A stretch of 57,895 nucleotides of DNA. It comes from Vicinamibacterales bacterium. Lineage in GTDB: Bacteria; Acidobacteriota; Vicinamibacteria; Vicinamibacterales; UBA2999. Both the position numbers and the translations under genes were made by a program. Under the pieces are notes generated by a model, which was not told the DNA's origin, ran no database searches, and saw nothing but the letters and a program-made list of their open reading frames with translations. Each line of letters opens with the position of its first letter. Positions within the stretch are counted from its first letter, which is position 1. Where the stretch lies: assembly GCA_050747925.1 (NCBI GenBank), contig JBOGIV010000566.1, positions 1 to 57,895 of the forward strand, given 5' to 3'. Below, piece by piece: positions 9,230 through 17,499 of the stretch.

Positions 9230-11055
9230 AGGTGCTTGGCATCTCACCGCTCGATCAGGATTCGACCATCACCGTCGTTGAAGACGGTGTGATCACCTAC
9301 GCTGCAGCGGAGGAACGCTTCACGCGCGTGAAGCTGCAAGATGGCTTCCCGTGGCGAGCGCTCGAGGACGCGCTGCGGTCGACCGCCACGACGGTCACCG
9401 ACATCGACGCGGTCGTCTATCCGTTTCTCACCTACGACGAGGAGACGCGGCTGTTCGAGCGCAACCTGGCAAAAGAGCGCGACTTTCTCGACGAAGCCGA
9501 AGTGAACGCCACCACCGACGAGATGCGCGACGCCAAGGCGCGCGTGCCGGCGGGTCGTTCTGCGGTGCCTGGCCTTGCGGATCCAAACGAGCGCTACGAA
9601 AAAGGGCTGCTCAAGACCGTCGCCTATCGGGTCCTGGCCAGCGAGGGCGTCGTGTCGCGCAACATCGCGCGCCGCGGTTCTGAGCGCTGGGGCCGCGAAG
9701 CGACCGCCTTCCATTTCAGATGGCAGCGTGAACTGGAGACGGCACTCGATGACTGCGAGTTGTCCGGAAAGCTGAAGCGCGTCGAGCATCACCTGAGCCA
9801 CGCCGCAAACGCCTATTACACGAGCGGATTCGATTCCGCTCTGATCGTTACGCTGGACGGCTATGGTTCGGGTCTGTCCGGATCCGTCAGCGTCGGCCGC
9901 GGAGGCAAGATCGAGCGCATCCATGGCCAGGAGTACCCGCACTCGTTGGGCACCTTCTACGAGTCGGTCACGTCGGCGCTTGGGTTCACGCCGAGCCGTC
10001 ACGAGGGCAAGATCGTGGGTCTGGCGGCGTACGGCGACCCGAATGTTCTGGGTGACATTCTACGGAGGCGGTTCGTTCAGGAAAACGGCGGGTTCCGCAT
10101 CGTTGAAACCAACAACGTGTATTTCGCGCGACTCCTGGCCAGCCAGTTCCCCAAGATTGATGTCGCCGCCGCGTACCAGCGAGTGCTGGAAGAAGTGGCG
10201 ACCGCTTACGTGGCGCAATACGTCCGCAAAACGGGTCTGCGCAACCTGGTGCTGTCGGGCGGCGTCGTCGCCAACGTCAAGCTCAATCAGCGCCTCCGCG
10301 GCATCGACGGCGTCGACGGGATCTTCGTGCATCCGAACATGGGAGATGGTGGGTGCGGCACCGGAGCGGCGTTGCTCGAGTTTGCCGGACGCGCCAATCC
10401 GACGCGTCGCCTGAAAGACGTGTATCTAGGCCCGGCTTTCTCGGACGATCAGATCGCGGAAGCGCTCAGGCGGGCACAGCTGCCGTTTACGCCGTATCGG
10501 CCGATCGAGCCGAAGATCGCACTGCTGATCGCGTCGGGGAAGGTCGTCGCGCGATTCGACGGACGAATGGAGTACGGACCGCGCGCGCTCGGGAACCGGT
10601 CGATTCTCTATCATGCGAAGGAGCCAGCAGTAAACCAGTGGCTCAACCAGCGACTCGGCCGCACCGAGTTCATGCCATTCGCGCCTGCCACGCTCCACGA
10701 ACACCGCGCAGCTTGCTATCAGGACATCGATGGGGCGGACTACGCCGCGCAGTTCATGACGTTGACCTTCGATTGCACCGAAGAGATGAAGCGCAACTGC
10801 CCGGCGGCAGTCCACGTCGACGGCACCGCTCGCCCGCAGCTGGTGACTCAGGAATCCAGTCCAAGCTTTCACCGGATTCTGACCGAGTATTACAAGCTGA
10901 CCGGGATTGCGTCGCTCATCAACACGAGTTTCAACATGCACGAGGAACCAATCGTCTGCACGCCGGATGATGCGGTTCGCGCGTTTCTGCAAGGCAATCT
11001 CGACTACTTGGCCATTGGCGACTACCTCGTCGAGCATCCCGCCGCTCGGCGCTGA
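9226..11055 (+). CDS. carbamoyltransferase, NodU/CmcH family (paralogue 1, motifs intact)
   Basis: MKVLGISPLDQDSTITVV..AAEERFTRVK, EHHLSHAANAY, HPNMGDGGCGTGAAL, GRMEYGPRALGNRSIL, VHVDGTARPQ and LINTSFNMHEEPIV. ATGA overlap with the upstream gene. Confidence 0.92.
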   Translation: MKVLGISPLDQDSTITVVEDGVITYAAAEERFTRVKLQDGFPWRALEDALRSTATTVTDIDAVVYPFLTYDEETRLFERNLAKERDFLDEAEVNATTDEMRDAKARVPAGRSAVPGLADPNERYEKGLLKTVAYRVLASEGVVSRNIARRGSERWGREATAFHFRWQRELETALDDCELSGKLKRVEHHLSHAANAYYTSGFDSALIVTLDGYGSGLSGSVSVGRGGKIERIHGQEYPHSLGTFYESVTSALGFTPSRHEGKIVGLAAYGDPNVLGDILRRRFVQENGGFRIVETNNVYFARLLASQFPKIDVAAAYQRVLEEVATAYVAQYVRKTGLRNLVLSGGVVANVKLNQRLRGIDGVDGIFVHPNMGDGGCGTGAALLEFAGRANPTRRLKDVYLGPAFSDDQIAEALRRAQLPFTPYRPIEPKIALLIASGKVVARFDGRMEYGPRALGNRSILYHAKEPAVNQWLNQRLGRTEFMPFAPATLHEHRAACYQDIDGADYAAQFMTLTFDCTEEMKRNCPAAVHVDGTARPQLVTQESSPSFHRILTEYYKLTGIASLINTSFNMHEEPIVCTPDDAVRAFLQGNLDYLAIGDYLVEHPAARR

Positions 11056-11066
11056 CCGAAGACCGT

Positions 11067-12704
11067 ATGAATGTCCTCGGCATATCGGGACGATATCGAG
11101 AGGCCGCCGCGGCGATCGCCATCGATGGACAGATCGCGGCGGCGGCATCCGAGGATTCGTTCGCCCGAGTGGCCGGCATCGGCTATACGCACACAGGGGG
11201 GATTCCGAAGGCAGCGGTCGACGCGTGTCTCGAGAGGACTGCGCTCACGCTCGCCGATATCGATCGCGTCACCGTCGTCGACGATGACGGGCCGGCTGCG
11301 AGCGGACCCGAAACTCGTTGGGACCCGCTGATGCCCGTTTGGACGCCGCCCACTGCGCGCGCGCGAGCGGCAGCCGTGGCGATCGATCCTGTGCTCGCCG
11401 ACGCGATCCAGGTCGCCGCCAGCGCCGACGACGTCGACCTCGTCTTGATCTGCAGCACGCATCCCGCAGCGATTACCACGTTTGTCCGAAATGGGGAGCG
11501 GCTCGTTCGGCACAACCGCTTCGACGGCGGTGAGCGATTGATGTCAACGGCCCACCTGCTGGCGACGGCCCTTGGCGTGTCGTCAGACGATCCCTTTCAT
11601 TCTCTAGACCGCTTGAGCATCGGCGGTGAGCTCGAGTTCAGGACCGAGATGGGCGCCGCGATTCACTGGAGTCCCACAGGTGGCGTGTCGGTCCATGCCG
11701 ATGGATTGAACCGCCTGCTGCATGCCTGTGGAGGCGCCAAGGGGAGCCGCCTCGATGACGCCTCCTCGCTCAACGCGCGGGTTCAGCAGACCAGGCGATC
11801 GCTGGCGGCGAGTTTTACACACAGTCTTGCGCAGGTTGTCAGCGATGCCGCCGAGACCAGTCGTAAGGCCGACGGCAAAATGGCGGTCGGCCTTGGGGGT
11901 GGCATGTCTGCCAACCCCGGATTCAACACGGAACTGCGGCAGCTTGCGGGTGATGACCTTCGACAGGCGCTGGTCCCGGAGCCTGTGGGTCGAGCGTTGG
12001 GTGCTGCGCTGGCATCGTCGCTGGGCGACGAGGCAGGTAAACGCCTCTCGGGCCTGGCGCTTGGGCCCGCGTACACCGAAGCGGAGATCAAGCGGACCCT
12101 CGACAATTGTCGTCTCGACTACGTCTATGAGCCGGATTGGCAACGACTCATCGGTCGCGTCTCGGCCATGCTCGCTCAAGGCAAGGTCGTGGCCTGGTTT
12201 CAAGGAGCGATGGCGTTTGGCCCGCGCCCCCTGGGGTCGCGCAGCGTCCTCTGCGACCCGTCTGGGCGATACGCCCGTCAGAACATCAACGAGTACCTGC
12301 GGCATTTGCCACTCGACGAGCCACTCCCCGTCGCGTTTGCGCCGTCGGCGGTAGAGCAGTGTCTCAGTGGATCGGTGTTGAGCCCTCCGAGAGTCGTCGA
12401 TGCGTCTGTGCGGGCAGAGTGGCGCGACCAATTGGTATCGGCCCTCGATTGGCAGCATCGAGTTCGCGTCCAAGCGATCGGATCTTCGCAGGCGCCGGCG
12501 ATGTGCGAGTTGCTCGAGTGCCACTTCCAGAGGACCGGCGTCCCGGCGTTAATCGAGACCAGGCTCGGGACTTCCGGCGAACCGGTTGCCTGCGCTCCTC
12601 GCGACGCCGTTCGGACCGTGTATTCCTCGGCGATTGACGCGCTGGTGATCGGCCGCTTCCTGCTGATGAAGGATTACTGGTTACTTCGGAGCGATGGTGC
12701 CTGA
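11067..12704 (+). CDS. carbamoyltransferase-like protein, degenerate (paralogue 2; metal-binding and catalytic motifs replaced)
   Basis: It has the same fold signature (MNVLGISGRY.., AWFQGAMAFGPRPLGSRSVL). It lacks the HHxSH motif, has PEPVGRALGAAL in place of GDGG/GDAG, and has IETRLGTSGEPV in place of NTSFN..EPI. Confidence 0.8.
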   Translation: MNVLGISGRYREAAAAIAIDGQIAAAASEDSFARVAGIGYTHTGGIPKAAVDACLERTALTLADIDRVTVVDDDGPAASGPETRWDPLMPVWTPPTARARAAAVAIDPVLADAIQVAASADDVDLVLICSTHPAAITTFVRNGERLVRHNRFDGGERLMSTAHLLATALGVSSDDPFHSLDRLSIGGELEFRTEMGAAIHWSPTGGVSVHADGLNRLLHACGGAKGSRLDDASSLNARVQQTRRSLAASFTHSLAQVVSDAAETSRKADGKMAVGLGGGMSANPGFNTELRQLAGDDLRQALVPEPVGRALGAALASSLGDEAGKRLSGLALGPAYTEAEIKRTLDNCRLDYVYEPDWQRLIGRVSAMLAQGKVVAWFQGAMAFGPRPLGSRSVLCDPSGRYARQNINEYLRHLPLDEPLPVAFAPSAVEQCLSGSVLSPPRVVDASVRAEWRDQLVSALDWQHRVRVQAIGSSQAPAMCELLECHFQRTGVPALIETRLGTSGEPVACAPRDAVRTVYSSAIDALVIGRFLLMKDYWLLRSDGA

Positions 12705-12788
12705 CATGAGGGGGAGATCGCTTCGTCATCCTGACGCCGGGCAGCCCGCTGTTGGTCGTGGCCGAGGTGCGGGGCCAAGAGGAAGAGC

Positions 12789-15602
12789 GTGACCGCCATT
12801 CTTGGCATTTCGGCCTTCTATCACGACAGTGCCGCATGTCTCGTGGTCGACGGAAATATCGCCGCCGCGGCACAAGAGGAGCGCTTCACTCGCAAGAAGT
12901 ACGACGCGCGATTCCCGGTTCATGCGATCCGCTACGGCTTGAACGAGGCGCGTGTCGCGCCGGCCGACCTCGACTACATCGCGTTCTATGACAAGCCGAT
13001 CGCCAAGTTCGAGCGCCTTCTCGAAACCTACTTGGAGTATGCGCCCGCTGGATTCGACAGCTTTTCACTCGCGTTACCGGTCTGGCTGAAAAAGAAACTA
13101 TTCACGCGGCGTGCGATCCAGAAGGCCTGCCAAGGCGCGTCGCGCGCCCGCTATGTGTTTTTGGAGCACCACGAAAGCCACGCGGCGAGCGCGTTTTTCC
13201 CGAGCCCCTTCGAAGAGGCCGCGATCCTTACCCTCGATGGCGTTGGGGAGTGGACCACTGCGGCGATGGGTGTTGGGACGGGAAATCGACTGGAGCTGAC
13301 CCAAGAGCTCCGATTTCCCCATTCGCTCGGCCTTCTCTACTCGGCGTTCACGTATTACTGCGGCTTCGCGGTGAACAGTGGCGAATACAAGCTGATGGGG
13401 CTGGCTCCGTACGGAAAGGCGGTTTACAAGGACCTGATCTATCGGCATTTGTTGGATGTCAATCCCGACGGCAGCTTCTGGCTGGACATGAGCTACTTCA
13501 ACTACTGCCAGGGGCTCACCATGACCAATCGGCGGTTCCACGAGCTGTTTGGCGGCCCGCCGCGCAAACCTGATACGCAACTCGAGCGACGACATATGGA
13601 TCTGGCCTCCAGCATCCAGTCGGTGACCGAAGACATCGTGCTCCGGCTCGGCCAGCAACTCCATCGCCAAACCGGCATGAAAAAGCTCGTGATGGCCGGC
13701 GGCGTCGCGCTCAACTGTGTGGCCAACGGCCGGCTTCTCCGCGAAGGGCCGTACAGCGACATTTGGATTCAGCCGGCTGCCGGCGATGCCGGTGGATCGC
13801 TTGGTGCGGCACTCTTCGTCTGGCACCAGCTGCTCGGCCGACCGCGAACGTCGAACGGCCACAGCGTCCAGGGCCCGAGTCTCCTCGGGCCCGCGTACAC
13901 CACCGACGAAATCGAAGGCTTCTTGCGAGCGACCGGGGCTTGCTACCGGCGTCACCAACACGAGAGTGAGTTGCTCAGCGAGGTCACCCAGGCGCTCGTG
14001 GACGGGAAGGTCGTGGGCTGGTTCCACGGCCGAATGGAGTTCGGTCCGCGCGCTTTGGGAGCCCGCAGCATTCTCGGCGATCCCCGCTCGCCGAAGATGC
14101 AGAGCACCATGAACGTCAAGATCAAATTTCGGGAGAGCTTTCGCCCGTTTGCGCCGTGCGTGCTTCGGGAGCACGTCCACGAGTGGTTCGGTATGAGACC
14201 GAACGAAGACTCGCCGTACATGCTTCAGGTCGCTCCGGTCCTCACCAAGCATCGAGTCGCCACCATCGAGGACAACGGCCACCCGGACGATCCCGATTTG
14301 CGCCGGCGCGTCAGCGAGGTGCGCAGCAGCGTGCCGGCCATCACCCACGTTGACTACAGCGCGCGCGTGCAGACGATTGATCAACAGCATGGCAGATTCC
14401 GGCGGCTGCTGCAGTCGTTCTATGAGAAAACGGGTTGCCCAATCCTGGTGAACACCAGTTTCAACCTGTCGTGGGAGCCAATTGTGATGCGTCCGGAGGA
14501 GGCGTACCACACGTTCATGCAATCAGAGATGGACGTTCTCGTGCTCGAGGATTGTGTCCTGCACAAAGAGCAGCAGCGCGTCGGATTTCAGTGCTGGACG
14601 AATCCTGGCGAGGCGGTTGACCAGACCGCCAATCCGTGGCGCGATCCCATCAGCCAGGAACCCCTGCTCGTGACGTCCACGGGCGCGGAGAACGTGCGCA
14701 CTGGCAAGCGCTATGCCGTGGAGGAGGGGATTCCACGATTGTTCGTCACCGACGACGCCAACACCGACGACGTCACGGAGATCGTAAAGCGCTTTTACGA
14801 GAAGACGCCGTTTCCCAACTACGACGATGTCGACAGCCAACGGGCGCTGCTCGACAAAGCCCGAGCCGGCCGGTTTGCGAAGCTGCTCAATGAGCAAATT
14901 CCCTACAGCGCATCGGTCCTGGAAGTGGGATGTGGCACTGGCCAGCTGACCAACTTCTTGTCGATTGCGCACCGGTCCGTGTTGGGCGTGGACGTGTGTC
15001 TGAACTCACTCCGTCTGGCGCAGCGTTTCAAAGAAACGCACGGGATCGAGCGGGCGACGTTTGCGCAAATGAATCTGTTCCGGCCCGCCCTCCAGCGAAG
15101 GTTCTTCGACGTCGTGGTCACCAACGGCGTGCTCCATCACACGGGGGATTGCCGCTTGGCGTTTCAGCGCGTCGGCGAACTCGTTCGTCCCGGGGGATTC
15201 TTCATCGTCGGTCTGTATAGCGCCTTCAGCCGGCAGCTTCACTACGCAAGACGTGCACTGTTCCGATGGACCGGCATCACCGGCACGTGGCTCGATCCGC
15301 ATTTCGGTCGAGTGGCCGCGGACGGCAAGCGAGAAGCCTGGTTTCAGGATCAGTACTGTCATCCGCACGAGAGTTGCCACACGCTGGACGAGGTGATCGG
15401 TTGGCTCGAGAAGGACGGGTTCGACTTCATCAACTCCATTCCGAAGCCGCGGGGAGGGCCGGAGCTCGAGCCCCACGAACGGTTGTTCGAGCCGCACGAC
15501 CGCGGAAACGTCACGAGTCGCATCAGCAGCCAGCTGGCAAGTCTGGGAAGCGGCTATCGCGAAGGAGGATTCTTTATCGTGATCGGCAGGCGAAGAGCGT
15601 AG
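12789..15602 (+). CDS. carbamoyltransferase (paralogue 3) fused to a C-terminal class I SAM-dependent methyltransferase
   Basis: The N-terminal ~590 aa carry ILGISAFYHDSAACLV, LEHHESHAASAF, AAGDAGGSLGAAL, GRMEFGPRALGARSIL and LVNTSFNLSWEPIV. A Trm112-like strand follows (RYAVEEGIPRLFV). Then comes the methyltransferase motif I VLEVGCGTGQLTNFL and VVTNGVLHH. The start is a GTG with a GAGGAAG Shine-Dalgarno-like element upstream. Confidence 0.9.
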   Translation: MTAILGISAFYHDSAACLVVDGNIAAAAQEERFTRKKYDARFPVHAIRYGLNEARVAPADLDYIAFYDKPIAKFERLLETYLEYAPAGFDSFSLALPVWLKKKLFTRRAIQKACQGASRARYVFLEHHESHAASAFFPSPFEEAAILTLDGVGEWTTAAMGVGTGNRLELTQELRFPHSLGLLYSAFTYYCGFAVNSGEYKLMGLAPYGKAVYKDLIYRHLLDVNPDGSFWLDMSYFNYCQGLTMTNRRFHELFGGPPRKPDTQLERRHMDLASSIQSVTEDIVLRLGQQLHRQTGMKKLVMAGGVALNCVANGRLLREGPYSDIWIQPAAGDAGGSLGAALFVWHQLLGRPRTSNGHSVQGPSLLGPAYTTDEIEGFLRATGACYRRHQHESELLSEVTQALVDGKVVGWFHGRMEFGPRALGARSILGDPRSPKMQSTMNVKIKFRESFRPFAPCVLREHVHEWFGMRPNEDSPYMLQVAPVLTKHRVATIEDNGHPDDPDLRRRVSEVRSSVPAITHVDYSARVQTIDQQHGRFRRLLQSFYEKTGCPILVNTSFNLSWEPIVMRPEEAYHTFMQSEMDVLVLEDCVLHKEQQRVGFQCWTNPGEAVDQTANPWRDPISQEPLLVTSTGAENVRTGKRYAVEEGIPRLFVTDDANTDDVTEIVKRFYEKTPFPNYDDVDSQRALLDKARAGRFAKLLNEQIPYSASVLEVGCGTGQLTNFLSIAHRSVLGVDVCLNSLRLAQRFKETHGIERATFAQMNLFRPALQRRFFDVVVTNGVLHHTGDCRLAFQRVGELVRPGGFFIVGLYSAFSRQLHYARRALFRWTGITGTWLDPHFGRVAADGKREAWFQDQYCHPHESCHTLDEVIGWLEKDGFDFINSIPKPRGGPELEPHERLFEPHDRGNVTSRISSQLASLGSGYREGGFFIVIGRRRA

Positions 15603-15613
15603 GGGAAGCCAGC

Positions 15614-16033
15614 ATGTTGGATCCAGAACTCTCGGATGATGAGCCGGTCGTCACGACTCGGGTCTTGCGGCAATTCGCTGGCATATGGCTCGTGTTTCTT
15701 GGCGGCCTGGCCGCGTGGAGCGCTTACCGCGGATATGACACCCGCGCGTTGGTGCTCGCAGTCTTGGCGGTGCTGATTGGCCCTTTGGGTGTCGTTCGGC
15801 CCTTGGCCATTCGTCCTCTGTTTACCCTCCTTATTGGTGTCACGAGACCTATTGGAGGAATCGTGACTCGTGTCATCGTGGGATTCATGTTCTATGGCCT
15901 CTTTACCCCACTGGCGCTCGTTTTCAAGCTCATTGGCCGGGATGTCCTGGCGTTGAAACGCCGGGCGGGGCCGAACACGTACTGGACGGCCCGGCAAGCC
16001 GTCACCGATCCGCGTCGATACTTCCGTCAATAG
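15614..16033 (+). CDS. SxtJ-family small membrane protein
   Basis: 140 aa starting at ATG 15614. Hydrophobic spans are FAGIWLVFLGGLAAW, LVLAVLAVLIGPLGV and VIVGFMFYGLFTPLALVF, followed by KLIGRDVLALKRR..TYW. It sits immediately downstream of a carbamoyltransferase, as in sxtI-sxtJ-sxtK. Confidence 0.8.
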   Translation: MLDPELSDDEPVVTTRVLRQFAGIWLVFLGGLAAWSAYRGYDTRALVLAVLAVLIGPLGVVRPLAIRPLFTLLIGVTRPIGGIVTRVIVGFMFYGLFTPLALVFKLIGRDVLALKRRAGPNTYWTARQAVTDPRRYFRQ

Positions 16034-16047
16034 CTGGCAACAACGGA

Positions 16048-16254
16048 GTGCTCATGACTGAGAATCGTCCATCCGATTTCGAGCGAGCCGCACTCGAGAG
16101 CGGCAACCCGACCATCTTCAGCGACTTCTGGCACTTCCTGCGCCACAGCCGAAAGTGGTGGCTGCTCCCGCTCATCTGCGCTCTGGTCATGCTGAGCGGT
16201 TTGATGATGCTGTCCGGCACCGCCGTGGCGCCGTTTATCTACACCTTGTTCTAG
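16048..16254 (+). CDS. DUF5989 (SxtK-like) small membrane protein
   Basis: 68 aa. FSDFWHFLRHSRKWWLLPLICALVMLSGLMMLSGTAVAPFIYTLF matches the characteristic KKWWL.P....L...G......APFIYTLF C-terminus. Confidence 0.85.
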   Translation: MLMTENRPSDFERAALESGNPTIFSDFWHFLRHSRKWWLLPLICALVMLSGLMMLSGTAVAPFIYTLF

Positions 16255-16265
16255 TGCGCCAGCCC

Positions 16266-17399
16266 ATGAGTGCGCCTTCGATACGCAAGGTCGCTCGTCA
16301 GATTCCGCTGCGCCGGCAAGTGCTCTTCGTCGCCGTTTGTTTAGTGTTTATCGGCGTGCTCTGCGAGACGGCCGTGCGAGTGCGGGCCTGGATGAAATAC
16401 GGCGCGGCGAACTCAGCGCCTCTGGACACGATGCTGGTCCGCGACCCTGCTTCGAACATTGCCTTCCCGAGACCGGGGTATCGCGCGATGGGCCGCAACA
16501 CGTCGCTGTCGATCAACTCGTTGGGGTTTCGCGGAGCCGAAATCACGAAACAGAAACCGACCAACACCTTGCGGATCGTGTGCGTCGGCGCGTCCACGAC
16601 GTTCGATGCCGACGTGTCGAGCGATGACGCCACATGGCCCGCAGTGCTGCAGCAACGTCTTCGGGAACAGTACCCCGACGTAAGTATTGAGGTGATCAAC
16701 GCCGGCGTACCGGGCTTCGTGATCACTCAATCGTTGGAAAATGTTCGGCGGCGCGTGCTCCCGCTCGACCCCGACCTCGTGATTTTTTACGAAGCCAACA
16801 ACGACGTCGCGCTCGATACACGCGAACTTGCGGTGAGGATGGGGCTGGTCAATGCGTCGCGCGGCCGGCTCGCGGCTGTCAATCGGTGGCTGACCCAAAA
16901 GAGCCTGTTGTTGGATCTGATCGAGAAGAATTTGAAGATCTTGTCCGTCAGCGATGAGTCAGCCGGGAAGATCCAAACGGTTCCGGAAGACCTGCCGACG
17001 CGTTACGTCAGGGAATTGGACCGCATGCACGAGGAACTGAGAGCCGAAGGCGTGGATCTCCTCCTGTCGACGTTCCTGGTCAAGTACCGAAGAGATCAGC
17101 CGAGGGCTGAGCAGATTGAGAACGCGCGGCTGGCGTTCTTCTACATGCCATGGATGACCATCGACGGCCTGCTCAACGCGATGGATCTGTATAACGCAGC
17201 CATCGTGAGCTACGGTCGCACGCGCGGTGTCCCGGTTGTGGACGACCGCACGGCCGTGCCCGCCGACCGCGAGCACTTTGTCGATTGGGCCCACATGACC
17301 GACGCCGGCTGTGTGTTGATGGCAGAGCGGTTTCGACGATACCTGGAGACCAGCGGCATCGGTCGGCGACTCGTCGATCGAGTACGCTCGAGTAGCTGA
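16266..17399 (+). CDS. membrane-anchored SGNH/GDSL-family hydrolase
   Basis: N-terminal anchor VLFVAVCLVFIGVLCETAV. Block I LRIVCVGASTTFD (Ser nucleophile), block III-like VIFYEANND, and block V DWAHMTDAG (DxxH). The start is trimmed to ATG 16266. Confidence 0.75.
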   Translation: MSAPSIRKVARQIPLRRQVLFVAVCLVFIGVLCETAVRVRAWMKYGAANSAPLDTMLVRDPASNIAFPRPGYRAMGRNTSLSINSLGFRGAEITKQKPTNTLRIVCVGASTTFDADVSSDDATWPAVLQQRLREQYPDVSIEVINAGVPGFVITQSLENVRRRVLPLDPDLVIFYEANNDVALDTRELAVRMGLVNASRGRLAAVNRWLTQKSLLLDLIEKNLKILSVSDESAGKIQTVPEDLPTRYVRELDRMHEELRAEGVDLLLSTFLVKYRRDQPRAEQIENARLAFFYMPWMTIDGLLNAMDLYNAAIVSYGRTRGVPVVDDRTAVPADREHFVDWAHMTDAGCVLMAERFRRYLETSGIGRRLVDRVRSSS

Positions 17400-17499
17400 T
17401 CGGCAGGTGCTGTAAGGAGCGCCCCACAGGCTTAGGGGTGACGGCCGATGCTGGTCTTTCGAAACGTTCACGCGACAAACCGCAGGTTTACGAGAAAAC

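Noticed and set aside
13098-14522. 474-aa ORF antisense to the third carbamoyltransferase
   Set aside because: Its composition is Arg/His/Ala-rich with no recognisable motif. The sense strand carries unmistakable carbamoyltransferase motifs. Long antisense ORFs are expected in GC-rich DNA because stop codons are rare.
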